A stretch of DNA of 64,000 bases from Paraspadella gotoi (lineage: Eukaryota > Animalia > Chaetognatha). The translations under genes and the position numbers were made by a program. This document shows, in pieces, positions 23,896 to 37,671 of this stretch. The stretch is from contig CM119264.1 in NCBI GenBank assembly GCA_051294375.1, positions 30,632,091 through 30,696,090 on the forward strand. Direction: 5' to 3'. Each line of letters starts with the position of its first letter. Position 1 is the stretch's first letter. The notes beneath the pieces were generated by a model that was given only the letters and a program-made list of their open reading frames with translations, did not search any database and had not been told where the DNA came from.

Positions 23896-26800
23896 ATACA
23901 CGGATTTCAAATGAAGTAAATGAAAGGAAATCAATTATTATTTGTTATAGAACTTTAGATTTTTTGCCCCTGGTAAAAGAAATCCGCTTTTTATTTTTTA
24001 ACTCTCAGTAGTTTCCAGCTTGCTGACTTTCTTAGTTATTGTGCTCATCAATTGGCATGGTCGAATTAAAAAGCAAATTTTTTTGCTTTGAATAGGACTT
24101 TCCTGTTATATGATATATTTTTTTGACAAAAATGAAATGTTGAAAATTTTATCATCTTTACAGATATAGACATTGGAATATGTGTCTGAGCAATCTGAAT
24201 GATTCTCAAACCACAATGACAGCCTTCTTTATAGCGTTTCTCCGAAGGAATTTAAATATTCATCTCATTTTTTTTGCAATGAGTTTTAAAATTAAATTAT
24301 CAATAAGAAGTGAAAAAAATGTTGAAAAAAAGGCTTGCTGGAAATGATGTAAAGTATTATCAATTTGCTTTATGGAACATAAACGTCAGGGGGACTTTTC
24401 TACTAATGAAATGAACAAAATTTAATCAGTTAGTCAAGCTAAGAGTTTAATAACTCTTTTCATTTCACTCCCATTTGAAAATTTTCCGTGTCACTAAATC
24501 ACCTTCACTTTTTGTACGTTCGTTATTTTAGGTCGGTTTCTTTATATGGCGATTTTATTTCGATTCACAGGGTTGTTCGGTAACAAGAGCACACTAGAAA
24601 ACAAACTGAAGCAATTCTCATCACACAAACTTCAGCCATTTTCTCATTGCACCAATGCAACAGCTCAGTAATCAGTATTTTAATCAATCTGATAAGGGCG
24701 TCATCTTACTACTCGTTTCTGAAACTCTTTCTCATTTCATAATTGAACTCGTGAGCGGGAAATCGTCGTCGACGTTTCACGTGTGACTTCAAGACGATGC
24801 CGGCTCCTTCCTCCTTCGTTTTCCTTTTTTTCCTTTCCCCCTTCCGTCGGAAACAAAAGATGGCGTCTTCTTGCTAAATGACCTGATTTTTAAAAGGAGG
24901 TAAGTGAACGTGAACAATCGAGTTAGTAAAGTTTAAGGTTGGGTTAATTTTTAAATAAATATTTTTTGATTTTAATAACACAACAGTAAATAATAAATAA
25001 AACCGAAGATCCAGATTGTTGAATCGCGAGCTTTTTAAGGATAAAAATAAAGAGGGGGCGGCACAATCACCTCTACTTTGATGCGTGATCGAGGTCTGCT
25101 TTGAGGAAACAACCGGCGCGTGATATCGTTTCACGGTATCGTTGTACAGATCGATGATGTCGTTTTGCATTTGGTGATCCAATATGCGTCGCGTTGAATC
25201 CGGTCGTCGTCGTTGCGACGTCGTGTCATCGTCGTAGCACGGTCGCCAAACGCCAAACGATTGTGAAGGGGAGATGGCGCGAGTAATCGGTGGAAGGATT
25301 TTTGTGCGATGGGTTACGGGGTGAGGTGAAGAAAGAGGAAAGAGGGAAAGGAGAGGAAGAAAAGGAAAAGAGGGAGAGAGGGAGCAACCGGCTCGGTTTT
25401 GATCAAACCGCGCTCGACTTTTACCTCGAGAAAACAATTGCAAACTTCTTCCTCATTCTCGCTCCGAAAGGACGCATCCGGCGCCATCCCATTTCCGGTT
25501 AGCATTTTCCGTTCCTCGTCGCGAGAACGAGTCGTTTTCATTGTTTTTCTGTTGCCACGTCGGGCCGCCGGTGTCACCGACGGCCGAATTATTTTCTCGG
25601 GCGAATTCGAGGATTTTGTATTTCAAGTTTGGATGAAAGGAGGCACCAAAGATTCTTTCACCAAAGTCCGCCGGCCAAGAGGGGAAAAAATTTCGTGCAT
25701 TTTATTTTTCGCCTCAAACTGAAGGAAAAGAAAGAAAAAGAAGAGGAGAAGAGAAGACGGACGAGCGACGAAAGTTTTTTCCCCTCTGGACGGCGGCGAG
25801 ACTTTTGGAAAGAAGAGAAGAATGCTTATCTGAGTTTGTATTGCCTGATCTTCGGTCCAAGAACGATTGAGAAAATACAAAAAATCCGAGATTCGCGAAC
25901 GCCGAGAAAATATTCGCTCCACGACGCGTCGACACCGGGCGCGCACCAGAAAAACAATGGCAATAACCGACTCGGTCTCGCACCGAGACCGAAATGCTAC
26001 CGAAAGGATTGGCGCGCCGATGCGTTCCGTTCGGAGCGAGAATGAGGAAAAGAAGTTTGCCAATTGTTTTCTCGAAGGTAAAGATCGAGGCGCGGTTGAT
26101 CAAAACCGGAGGCCGGTGCTGTCCCTCTCGCCCTTCTTTTTCCTTTTCTTCCTCTCCTTCCCCTCTTCCTCTCTTCACCTCACCCCGTCACCCATCGCCA
26201 CAAGAATCCTTTCTCACGACGATACTCGCGCCATCTCCCTCAACATCCGGTTGGCGCTTTGTAGGCGAGCGTTTGCGTAGCGACGCTGACGACGTGCGGC
26301 AACGACGAACGACGGATCACGCGACGCAGATGGATCAGCCAAATGGCCAAAAACGACATCATCGATCTTTGTTAAACCAACGAATACGTGTTGAAACGAT
26401 ATCACGCGTCGGTTGGTCTCAAAGCAGACGTCGGATCACGCCATTCAAGATAGAGGTGATTTGCCGCCTCTTTATATCCTTAAAAAGTTCTCGCGATTCA
26501 ACAATTCTTGGATTCTTCGGTTTTTATTTATTTATTTACTTGTTGTGTTATAAATCAAAAATTTATATTTTAAAAAAATTAGCCCAACTTAAACTGTTAC
26601 TAACTCGGATGTATCTCGCAGCTTACCCTTCCTTTTTAAAAATCATGGTCATTAGCAAAAGACGCCATCTTTGTTTCCGCCGAAGGAAGAAGAGAAAAGA
26701 AGGAGGAGGGCCGGCAATCGTCATTGAAGTCACGTGACGTCGACGACGATTTCGGCTTCACGAGTTCAATTAGGGAACTGAGAAAGAGTCAGAACGAGTA

Positions 26801-27629
26801 GTAAAGAGTGACCGCCCTTCAGTCAGATTGATTACTAAATACTGATTTACTGAGTCTGTGTGCATTGTGCAAGTGAGAATTGGCTGAGTTGTGTGGAATG
26901 GAATTGGCTTAGTTGTGTTCTGTTTGCTCCTGTATGTACGAATCAAACCCTGTTTAATCAAATAAAATCGCATATTAAGAACCCGACACTAAAATAAGAA
27001 CGTCAAAAGTGAAGTTGATTTAGGTGGACACGGATTTCAAATGGGAGTGAAATGAAAAGAGTTATAACTCTTAACTGACTAACTGATTAAGTATTTGTTC
27101 ATTGCCATTAGTTAGAAAGTCCCTGACGTTTATGCTTCCTATAGAAGCAAATTGAAATACTACGATTCAATTTGTCCAGCAGCCTTTTTTTCAACATTTT
27201 TTTCACTTCTATTGATAATTTAATTTTAAACTCATTGCAAATAAAAATTAGATGAAATGATATTTAAATTCTCGAGAAACGCTATTTAAAATGAAAAAAG
27301 GCTGTCATGTGGTTTGCGACATTCAGATTGCTCGACACAATATTCCAATGTCTATATCTGTAAGATGAAAATAAAATTTTCAAACATTTCATTTTTGTCA
27401 TAAAAATATATCATATAAAGGAAGGTCCTATTCAATGCAAAAAAAGCTTTTTTGAAATTCGCACCATGCCATGATGAGCACATACTAAGAAAGTCAGCAA
27501 GTGGACTATGCTGAGAGTTAAAAAAATTAAAAAGCGGATTCTGTTTACCAGGGTGCAAAATCTCAAAGTTTCTATAAACAAATAAGTATTTGATCCTTGC
27601 ATTTCACTTCATTTGAAATCCGTTGCTAT

Positions 27630-28353
27630 TATGGCCAACAGCCGGGGTTGCCTGTGGATGCCCATTTGGGATGGCTGCATTCACTGTTGGCTTGGGGTCT
27701 CCGCCCTCAGTGACGCCTTCCGAGTCACTGGCGCGGTTTACCCTAGGACGTCTCGCTTTGCCAACGCAGAGGAAGTCGTTAGGGATGTGATGGAACACAC
27801 ACTTGGGAGTGTTTCCCCTCGAGCCAATGTATTGGTTCTGAAGGATGGTGGACGTGAGGCGGTGTGAAAATACGCACAGGATCCCAGGTCCAAGACATCA
27901 CTCAGGTTCCTCAAGCCTGAGAGGTGTCTACCAAGGACTGTTACCATAGTGGGGAGAGAGAGAGAGCGCGAGTTGTGGGCATAAGCGTTGTCGTAGCGTA
28001 CCCCAGGGGCATAGCGTTTGTCGTAGCTACCCGAATCGGCAGGCAAGCATTTGTTCGTAGCGCCCTGAGAAGTGCGTGTTCGATGTAGGCTCACCATTAT
28101 GGCAAACAGCCGGGTGCCTGTGATGCCCATTGAAGGGGCAGTCTCACTGTTGGCTTTGGGGGCTTCCGACCCTCAGGTGACGCCTCCAGTCAACTGGCTG
28201 CAAGGTACCCTAGGACGTTTCCTTTGCCAACGCAGAGGGAAGTCGTTAGGATCGTGATTGCAACACTACACTTGGGATGTGTGTTCCCGCCTCTGACCAA
28301 GTGGATTGGCTGAAGATGTGGACGTGAGGCGATGGTGAATATTTACCGCCACA
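27630..28353 (-). mobile_element. Mirror copy of the TRIM-like element in the right arm of the palindrome (LTRs 28098-28353 and 27630-27878)
   Basis: Reverse complement of 23112-23895 with the same flanks, so probably the same locus represented twice. Confidence 0.75.
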
Positions 28354-29533
28354 GATATATTATTTTAGTTACAACAACAAGCTTATATCTCTGATCTATT
28401 CATAAATTGATTACTTCCTCATTTCATTTCCGACACTTCCCCAATTCATTTTCTCGTATCTCCTTCTTTCCTTATTCTCTAGCTTCCTCTTTCCTCCTTT
28501 TGTTTTATCCCCTTTTTTTTCTAGAGTCTGATTTCCCTCCATGATCATCAATTTCGTCGAATCGCGATTCCCTCGAATGATTGATGACGTGAGACGCACC
28601 TCCGCGTCGGCTTCGTCTTAATTCAGAGAAAAAAGAGAGAAAGATGACTTCCCCCCGTTCTTTTTGATATTAAAATTTGACCCTCGTAACTAATTTCTAA
28701 AATTAGTCTTTCTGTCAGCCCGTCTGGTTAAAATGCTTTAAAAATTTAGGATCCAATTGAAGAAACAACGCCTCGCGCTACCACGTCCAGCATCGACAAG
28801 CTCCGAACGCCGGCCGCCATCGTGATGTCGTCTTCTTCTCGCGGCCGCCGTCGAATTGGTGGCGCGGCGCTGCTTCTCGTGCTTGGCGGTCGTCGGTGCT
28901 CTCGTCAGTGTGGTCTGCATTACGTGCGGTGCGGTCGTGGCGCGAAGTCTTCTCCGGTCGAAGATCAAACCGAAAGTCGTAGTNNNNNNNNNNNNNNNNN
29001 NNNNNNNNGGAGAGAGAGAAGAGAAGAGAGAAGAGAAGAGAGGGAGAATAGAGAGAGAAAAGAGAGAGAAGAGAGAGAGAAGAGAGGGAGAAAAGTGGGA
29101 GGAGGAGAAGGCCGAGAAGGGAAGTCGGTTCTTTTAATAAGCTTCGGGTTTCCAAGCGAAATGAGAAAGAGAAGATTTGTTTTCTAACAAAATTGAAAAA
29201 CGTCAGAATTAATAAACAAAGTTTTATTTTACTAATAGTTTGATTACAAAAGACGCGTAAATATACATGAGTTTGCAATTTTATGATTGTTATTTTTGAA
29301 ACATTCTCTAAAATGTCGTGAAAATACTTCCCCATCACCCACTAAACTAATTCAATTCACGACGTAGTGGTCGTTCATCCTTACCCACATATTTATCCAC
29401 AATTCCTCAATCCCCCACACAACACCTCTCTCTCCCACACACACACTAGAATCTCGTATGTAAATTAAATGGATTAGTCCCTCATATAGAGGAGTAGAGA
29501 GGCCTGTCGTAATCAGCGCTCGTTGGAGGACAA

Positions 29534-29577
<44 letters not shown>

Positions 29578-30687
29578 GACTCTCTGCTCTCTTCTCATGA
29601 AAAAAACAACGGAACAACAACGACGACATTCGCTCTGACAACAACATTCGTTAATCCGTTTTGGCTGGGAATCGAGCCGTCGCCGAAAATAGTGGGAAAC
29701 AAACAGGGGGGGAGGAGGGGGTGCGAAGATGGAGGTGGGATGAGGAGGGGCGGGGGCTGAAAGTTTAGGCTCTATTTTCTCAGAACGCCCAATTTTATCT
29801 AAAATTCATAATTATGTAAAGACTATGTTAGAGTTTAGGATAATGATTCAAGATTGTGTTACAAATAACTATGCTCTTAATATTGCGAGGAAATCCAGCT
29901 TCTCTAACCTTTTCCCCGTTGCTCTTTTGCTCTTTACATATTACTAACATCGAAATGCTTCTTACTAGCGATCGCCACGCACATCTTTAGGCTCTTTCTT
30001 TGTTTATACTTAAGTACAGAATTCCGAAGGGCAGTGTACAGCCTGGATTCTGATTAGGTGCCCGTTGATTTCGATAGACTTTCGACTTAAGATTCTAATC
30101 GAATTCTACCACGTGGCATCTTCAGATCTCAAAAGTTGTCACTTGGGTTTTTAGTTCTTTTCAGAGGCAAGAAACTCTTTATTCAGATATCTGCGGAATC
30201 TTATTTTTTGTGTGATCGCTGGTTTGCGTGGACTTTTTCTAGAAGAGCAAGCATCTCTTTTTGGTTTAATTATCTGGCTTCAGAACAAGTAAGAAAGAAC
30301 TTTTAAAATTTAATATATATTTGCTGAGTTTGATGATACAATGTTTGTGTTACTTCTTGCCCAGGACTTCTACTAACGACTCCAAAGCTCTACAATCAAG
30401 CTACTCTTCTACACTATACAAGCTACTACAGACCCTACAATCAAGCAACAGCAAAGCCACTAACAGACCTTTCCGTCAAGTCATGGGCTTAGTGGACAGT
30501 CCGTCATTTCGGCCTTAGCCGACGTCGTCTACTGAGACTCTTGTCGTCAGCATCTCCAGGGCGTCTGGACCGGCGCCATCGTCTCTTCTGCGACCATTTT
30601 ATACCCAATTCCATCTGGTTTTTGAATGCGAGAATTAGTCCAGTCGTTAGAATTCAAGACGCCACTCTCCGAACTTAGTTCAAACAA

Positions 30688-30955
30688 TTAGGGATTTGGT
30701 TAATGATTAGGGATAGGCATTTAGGTTAGGGAATAGGATTCAGAGTTAGAAGTTAGGGTTAAAAATTACGGATATATGAGGTTAGTGTTAGGGTTAGGGT
30801 TTAAGATTTGGTTAAGGTTAGGAATTCGGGTTGAGGATTGGGTGTTAGGTTTAAAAATATACATATATGTACATATTTATATATGTATGAATCTAGATTA
30901 AGTACTATGATTAAAATTAAATTCTGGGACAAAGAAACAGAAATGGGGCACTCTT
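30688..30955 (+). repeat. Degenerate TTAGG(G)-rich tract followed by GAAATGGGGC; similar module at ~54345-54545
   Basis: ttagggatttggtt..ttaggttaggg..gttagggttagggtt, then gaaatggggc at ~30940; second tract followed by gaaatggggc at ~54529. Confidence 0.55.
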
Positions 30956-31242
30956 GGAAAAGAGAACCGAGAATTATGGGTAGGATTATAGGTTTGGAGA
31001 GAAGCAATAGGACAATTGCTGATGGTAAAATGTGGAGAGGAAAGTTGGGAGTTGAGGCATTGATGCCAGAATTGCAGATGGTGGACCCGGTTGCAGGCAA
31101 CAATGAAACTGAGATTGGGTAAATCAGAAGGGTAGTAGTTTCGGGAAGGGAAAGGCGATAGTTAACTACAGCATGGAATGCAGATTGCTATGTGGGGAGA
31201 GGAATACAAAACAGAGGTGGATCACTGGGGCATTAATGCATC

Positions 31243-31420
31243 GGACCTATTACTACGGCATTTGATGAAGATGACCTACTACTACGGCATGTGATGAAGA
31301 TGACCTACTACTACGGCATGTGATGAAGATGACCTACTTAACTATGGCATTGAATGCAGATCACCTATGTAACTATGACATTAAATGCAGATGTGCTACG
31401 CACTATGGCATCGAATACAT
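31243..31420. repeat. 29-bp minisatellite (GATGAAGATGACCTACTACTACGGCATGT), ~3 near-perfect plus degenerate copies
   Basis: Unit read directly at ~31264, 31293 and 31322, decaying to 'aatgcagat..actatggcat' copies. Confidence 0.88.
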
Positions 31421-33289
31421 CTGGCTCTCTCGGGTTCGTGAGGTCAATGGCCGATCCTAAAATCAAAGTTACATGTTTCCAATCTCTTTTTTTTTTGCTC
31501 TTAAAACTGAGATCCAATCAGGTTTTTTTTTTTTTTACCAGAAAAGGGTTTTTCGTCCAATCAAGATTCAGTAAAGATGGATTGAGAGAATGAGAGAATA
31601 AAGGAATGGAGAGAATGAAATTTGAAAGAAGGGCAGCGAGAGAGAAATAGTGTGGAAGAGAGAGGGAGATAGAGAGATAATCTATATAGGAACAATAGAG
31701 AGAAAGATAGAAAGTAAAAAAGAAAGAAAGAAATAAAGAAAGAAAGAAAGACAGAAAGAAGAATCAAAAAAAAAAAATAAATAAAAAAAAAAAAAAATAA
31801 ATAAAAAAAGAAATTAATAATATATAAATATAATATTATAAATTATCAAAAAAATATAAATGCAAAATTAACGCGAAAGGAGTTGAAAAATTATTATATT
31901 TACTAACAATCATTACTTCTAAAATCTAAGTTTAATTCTTCATGATCACTTTGTTATATCTTCACTTCACTCACTTATCTCTCTTATATCCGTTAATAAT
32001 TTTTTCTTTCTTATTTAACATGATATAGAAAAAAAAAAAAAACAAAAAAAAAAAAAAAAAAAAAAAAAAAACTGATGATCTGTCTGTTTTTTCTGTCTTT
32101 CTTTAACAAATGTCTAAGATCAAAAAAAATGTCTTATATATTTACTTACTCTCTTTAACATTTACATGTCTTATCTTTCTAAGCTTAGCTTTAATTTATA
32201 TTTCTTTCTTTCTATTCTTTATCAATAATAAAATCAAAATAGTACATCTATTACGTTATTTACTAACAAATTTCTTATACTAAAATAATATCTTTCATTT
32301 TCATAGACAGAAGAGTAAGAAACTGTTAAGAACAGAAATGAGAAGAAAGAAAAATCATAGCTGGAAAGTAAATGAATAGAAGAAGGAGCAGAGAATATGA
32401 TTAGATTAGAAAGAAAAACTATTTAATCTGTAACTTATATGCTTGTCTGTTCTTTCTTTCTTTCTCTTCTTACTTTGCTATTTTATTAGCTTTGACTATA
32501 GAAAGATAAGAAAGATAGAGACAGAACAGTTAAGTAAACGTGATCTAAGGAGAGAGCAGATTATTGATAGATAGATAAGAGACTGATAGAGAGATATCTG
32601 AATTAGACAAAGTATTACACACAAAGCTAGAAGAACCACTCGAGAACAAGAACCAAACCGCGTACTTGCACCCCTCGACGCAAGAAAACGAATTACCCAA
32701 GGAACAGAGAAGGAGACCCACGACGCCAAAAAAAAGAAGAAAGAGTAAAAGAGAGAGAAAGAAAAGAGAAGAAAAAAAAAGAAAGAAAAGAGAAGAAAGA
32801 AAGGAAAAGAGAAATGAGTAAGAAGAGATGGAGAGAGTGAAGAAATGAAGTTTTCCTTTCCTCGCTTCAGCTCAAAGGTGAGACACGAAGGACGACTCAG
32901 CTCTGAGAAGGAGGTGAGTTTCCAGGGTGAGGAAAGGGGCGACGGGGGGGAGTAGAGGGGGGAGGAGGAACGGAGGTGGAATGAATCCAGATTTACGAGA
33001 ATCGTTTCCTCGCTCAACGCGACAAAACTCGTTATATCGAATGCGACTTTTTTTTTTTTACTCTCGATTGTGTTTTTTCTCTTTCCCTCTTTTTTATTGT
33101 TGGCGATTCGTTCTATTTTATAGTCGTATATATGTATGATTGATTAATCTTGATAGATAGATTATACAGCTGTATTTTATTTTTTTCCCTTTTAGTCTAT
33201 TTGTCACTTTTTGAATACAGAATCTTTTACTGGAAGCCAGCGTGAGAAAACGTTTATAGCTTACAAGGCAATTGTATGTATGTTTCTAA

Positions 33290-33305
33290 GTATCTATCTA
33301 TCTGC

Positions 33306-33380
<75 letters not shown>
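33290..33380. repeat. (TCTA)n microsatellite
   Basis: Read directly; explains the 'SIYL' ORFs. Confidence 0.95.
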
Positions 33381-33381
<1 letters not shown>

Positions 33382-33899
33382 ATATCCGTTTGTCTGTCCA
33401 TTTATCCATCTCTTCTTCTATCCGGCTCTCTNNNNNNNNNNNNNNNNNNNNNNNNNNNNNNNNNNNNNNNNNNNNNNNNNNNNNNNNNNNNNNNNNNNNN
33501 NNNNNNNNNNNNNNNNNNNNNNNNNNNNNNNNNNNNNNNNNNNNNNNNNNNNNNNNNNNNNNNNNNNNNNNNNNNNNNNNNNNNNNNNNNNNNNNNNNNN
33601 NNCCTCGGCGACCATAATTCTCTTCTTTCTATCCCAACTTCGTCCAAATTTTCTTGTTTCTCCAACTCTGACCAGTTTTTTCGACGACTTTCAAGTCTCG
33701 CGCCATCTTTTCCAAAACCGCCCCATTTCGGGTTAAATTCAGAATTACGATAGGGATTATGACGTTTTAATTTTGGTTAGGGATTAAGATTAGAATTTGT
33801 GGAGGAAGAAGAGGAAGAAGAAAGAAGGAAATAATTAGAGACTTGTAATAAACACTGTACTAAACTTAATATTAAACACAGATTATATTCTCTGTTTAA

Positions 33900-34300
33900 A
33901 TTTGTTTTGATGTGAGCGAGGTCAACGAATTTGACCCGCGGAAAGTGAGGAATGAGAAGAGAAGGCAAGAGGAGAGAGGAAGAGGAGGAGGTGATAAGAA
34001 GGAGGATGCAGGGAAAGGAGCAGAGAGGAAAGGAGGAGAGCGGAGAAAGTGAAGGAAAGGTCAGCGAGAGAAGGAGGAAGAGCGAAAAGAAGAAGAGAAG
34101 AATGAAAGGAAAAAAGGCGTCAAAGCTATCCAAGACGAAGGAAGGTCGCAGGGAATTTGTGACAACGGGTAAGGAAGAGGGTGGAACATGGATGCAGACA
34201 GGGGTGATACAGGGGTCAGGCCCACGGGGTGTAGGAGACAGGGGTGAACGGGGTGATAAGGGTGGAGAGCAGGGTGAGACAGTGGATGAGACGTGGGCCT
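33900..34300 (+). repeat. Dispersed direct repeat, second copy at ~40676-41050
   Basis: Shared 'tgatgtgagcgaggtcaacgaatttgacc', 'gaagagaagaatgaaaggaaaaaaggcgtcaaa', 'tatccaagacgaaggaaggt', 'aatttgtgacaacgg' and the start of the ACAGGGGTGA array. Confidence 0.88.
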
Positions 34301-34369
34301 TGGTGGGTTAAATTTTTCCCCCCCTCCCCCCCCCAAAAACGGGGGGGGAATTTTCCCCTTCCCCCAACT

Positions 34370-36367
34370 TGGATTCCTCCCACACGGGATTCCTCCACGC
34401 GGGATTCCTCCCCATGGGATTCCCTCCACGACGGGATTCCTCCCACACGGATTCCTCCCCGCGGGATTACTCCCACACGGAATTCCTCCAAGGAAATTCC
34501 TCCACACGGGATTACCTCCGTCATGGGAATTCCTCCCCATAGAATTCCTCCACACGGGATTCCTCCCAGGCACGGGAATTCCTCCCCAAAGAATTCCTCC
34601 ACGCGGATTCCTCCGCACACGGGAATTCCTCCCATGCGGGATTCCCACACGGGAATTCCTCCCACGCGGGATTCCTCCCACACGGGATTCCTCCACACGG
34701 GTATTCCTCCCACCGCTGGATTCCTCCCACACGGGATTCCTCCGCACCGCGGGATTCCTCCCACGCAGGATTCCTCCTATGTGTGTCACTCCCACAGACG
34801 GGATTCATCCACACGGGATTCCTCCCCGGGGAATTTCCTCGCCACAGGTCGGGATTTCCTCGCACGCGGATTACTCCACACGGGATTGCCTCCCACACGG
34901 GAAATTCCCTCCCACACGGGATTCCTCCCTCGCGGGATTCCTCCCAACGGGATTCCTCCGCACAGCGGGATTCCTCCCACACGGAGGATTCAGCTCCCAC
35001 GCGGATTCCTCCACACACAGGATTTCCTTCCCACCGGGATTCCTATCCCACACAGGATTCCTCCCACATGGGATTCCTCCGCACGCAGGATTTCCTCCCA
35101 CAAACGAATTCTCCCACACGCGATTTCCTCCCACACGGGGGATTCCTCCCTTAAATTGTATTAACTTTCTTGTTGCATGTTCTTGTTTCAAGGCGAAAAA
35201 AACTGATTCATTAAAATAAAATTTTGTGTGTGGGTAGGAAAGTATGTGATAAAGCTGAATATAAATTTTTTTGATGTAATCGTATGTTTGTGGAATAAAG
35301 TTCAAATTAGGAAAACCAAAAGACACATTTATTTGAATTTTTTAAAGTTTCTCTCTCTCTAATCTCTCTCTGATTGATTGCATTGATTGATTGACGCAAA
35401 ATTAATGCCAAATGTGATCAAAAATATGCCAGTTGACCAAATTCCTTGCAGGTTAACAAAATTATGCAGTTGACCGGCAATTATTGGCCTGTTGACCAAT
35501 TATGCCAGTTTACCCAAATTTTGTCAGTTGGAACACAAAGTAATGCTAGTTGACGCAATTGCTAAGTTGATTTAAATTATGCAAGTTGAACGCAAGTTAG
35601 CTTATTAACCACTTAATTATGTAGGCAGAATCCCGAACATTGTTTGCCTCAAACTTGTTTTTTTTTTTATTGGACGTGGGAAGAAATCCCGCGTGGGAGG
35701 AAATCTGTTGTGAGAGGAATCCCTCTGTGTGGGAGGAATCCCGTGTGGGAGGAATACCGTGTGGGAGGAATCCCGTGTGGGGAGGATCCCGCGTGGGAGG
35801 AATCCGCATGGGAGGAATCCGCGTGGGAAGGAATCCCCGTGGGAGGAATCCCGTGTGGGAGGAATCCCGCATTGGGAGGATATCCCCGCGTGGAGGAATA
35901 ACCGTGTGGGAGGAATCCCGCGTGGGAGGGAATCCGTGTGGGAGGAATCCCGCGTGGGAGGAATCCAGTGTGGGAGGAATCCCGGCGTGGGAGGATCCCG
36001 TCATGGAGTGAATCCCGCAGTGGGAGGAATTCCGGTGTGGGAGGATCCCGTGTGGGGAGGAATCCGCGTGGGAGGAATCCGCGCATGGGAGGAATCCGTG
36101 TGGGAGGAATTCCATTGCGCGTGAGGAGGAATCCCCGCTTGGGGAGGTAATTTCCATGGGGAAGGAATTCTAGTTTGGGGAGGAAACCCGTGTGGGTAGG
36201 AATCCCGCGTGGGAGGAATTCCTTTTGGGAGGAATCCCGTGTGGGAGGAATTCTTTGGAGGAATCCGCGGGTGTGGGAGCAAATTCCATTGGAGGAATCC
36301 CTTTGGGAGGAATCCCGTTGTGGGAGGAAACCCGTGTTGGGTAGGTTAATCCCGCGTAGGAGGAATT
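34370..36367. repeat. Two oppositely oriented arrays of a ~16-17-bp GC-rich minisatellite (GGATTCCTCCCACACG at 34370-35150; reverse complement at 35680-36367) around a ~530-bp AT-rich spacer; Foldback-like layout
   Basis: Unit visible dozens of times in each orientation. The spacer has its own ~18-bp CCAAATTATGCCAGTTGA array (35390-35600). Confidence 0.9.
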
Positions 36368-36392
36368 NNNNNNNNNNNNNNNNNNNNNNNNN

Positions 36393-37671
36393 GGCTTTAC
36401 TCGTGCCCCGCAACGCTCACTGAAAATCCAGTCAAGTAAGTTATTCTTCACATTTTTCTAATTAAAAAATCACGAAAAACTCAGATGTAAATTTTGGGAT
36501 TTGTATTGATAGAGAAGCCGCGCAATAAATGGCGATAATAAAAAGTTTTTAAGAAGGAAAGAAATACATAAGAATTTTTCAAAAAACGGTGTAAAAAAAA
36601 GTTCTGAAAATTTTTTTTTGTATAAAAAAAAAAAAAAGAGAGATGAGAGAGAGCACGAGAGAGAAGCGTACGGAGGAGACGGAAGAGACGAGAGAGAGAT
36701 AGAGCACCTGACTCGTTTTTTTTAAACGATTCAGAAAAAAGCAGCGCCCTGAGTCAAAGTATATATGTTCTTTAGATAAGAAAAAAATAATCAGAATTTT
36801 CTAAAAACGAACGACTCACGCCAAGAGATCGTACAGAGAGCAACAGACGCAAACAAAGAGAGACAGAGACGAGACTGAACTCGTTTTAAACGATCAGTCA
36901 CAGAAAACGCAGCGTCTGATCAAATATATATGGTTTTTTTAGAAGAAAAAATAAAATAAAAGAAAGGCAAAAAATGTTACAATGCGTTTAACAATTGAAA
37001 TTTTCCAATTTTTTACAATCGGAGCTTTGTTAAAAGATTTTATTTTTATTTGGTTATAACAATTAACATATTAGCATTCCAATTTAAAAGTTATTTGCGG
37101 AGTTCCCATTTTTATTATAGATTTAAAAAAAATTTTTTGAAGTCTTCAAATCTTCAATATTATGTACTGCAATATGTAAATTAGATATTTAAAGCCATAT
37201 TCTATTGTATACTAATTTGGGATATTATAATGAGTACTATAATCTCATTTGGCATATTGCCAGTAAATCATCATGAAGTTGTAAATTCAAACAAAAAATT
37301 ACCTTATATCCAACATGCTAATAGAAGAAAATATCAAAGCTATTTCAAGATGTGAAGCCATATCCCTAAATTTATTAACTTACTTATGATCGCACAGCTT
37401 TTGTTTTAAAACTTTCTACCCATAAATTCATAATAATTTTTATTTAAAAAAAACGGTTAAGTCACAGCCAACATCCTATTAAAAGCGTAGTCAGTTTCAT
37501 TATATAGAAAATAACCAGCGCGACGACGACGACGACCGACGACCGCACGACGACCGACCGACTACGCTCACAAAAAGAAAGCAATCCTAAATCATTTTAT
37601 AGAGCCTGCAACCCGGCTTGTTTCGCCGGTCATGCCTCGATACAAAAAGCACGTACGCGACATGACGATGC
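36393..37671 (+). repeat. Base-identical ~1.28-kb direct duplication of 43604-44882 (offset 7211); similarity continues noisily to ~39070 / 45969
   Basis: Same sequence from 'ggctttactcgtgccccgcaacg' to 'acgtacgcgacatgacgatgc' in both places; the first copy starts exactly after a 25-N gap. Confidence 0.93.

Larger units (their letters stand above)
22490..28983. repeat. ~6.5-kb palindrome (arms ~3.2 kb, loop ~25697-25768), ending at a 25-N gap
   Basis: Reverse-complement match checked at 22500-22700/28770-28980, 22740-23100/28360-28740, 24000-24500/27000-27560, 24760-24960/26560-26770 and 25300-25690/25770-26200. Differences are mostly small indels. Confidence 0.93.

Noticed and set aside
25994-26737. 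247-aa ORF and overlapping ORFs in the palindrome centre
   Set aside because: The frame is not preserved in the mirror arm and no domain is recognisable.
30781-30805. TTAGGG repeats as a telomere
   Set aside because: Only two or three exact units, interstitial and degenerate.
31243-31420. 29-bp repeats as a CRISPR array
   Set aside because: Head-to-tail tandem units with no unique spacers, no cas genes, eukaryotic context. The same applies to 63475-63955.
31760-32500. Very AT-rich stretch as organellar or foreign DNA
   Set aside because: No ORF or RNA gene; long A-runs and near absence of G/C look like low-quality read sequence.
34061-36451. 300-aa GIPP/RDSS/GFLP repeat ORFs as collagen-like or structural proteins
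   Set aside because: Open in nearly all frames on both strands because the 16-17-bp unit lacks stops; variable unit length gives no stable frame.
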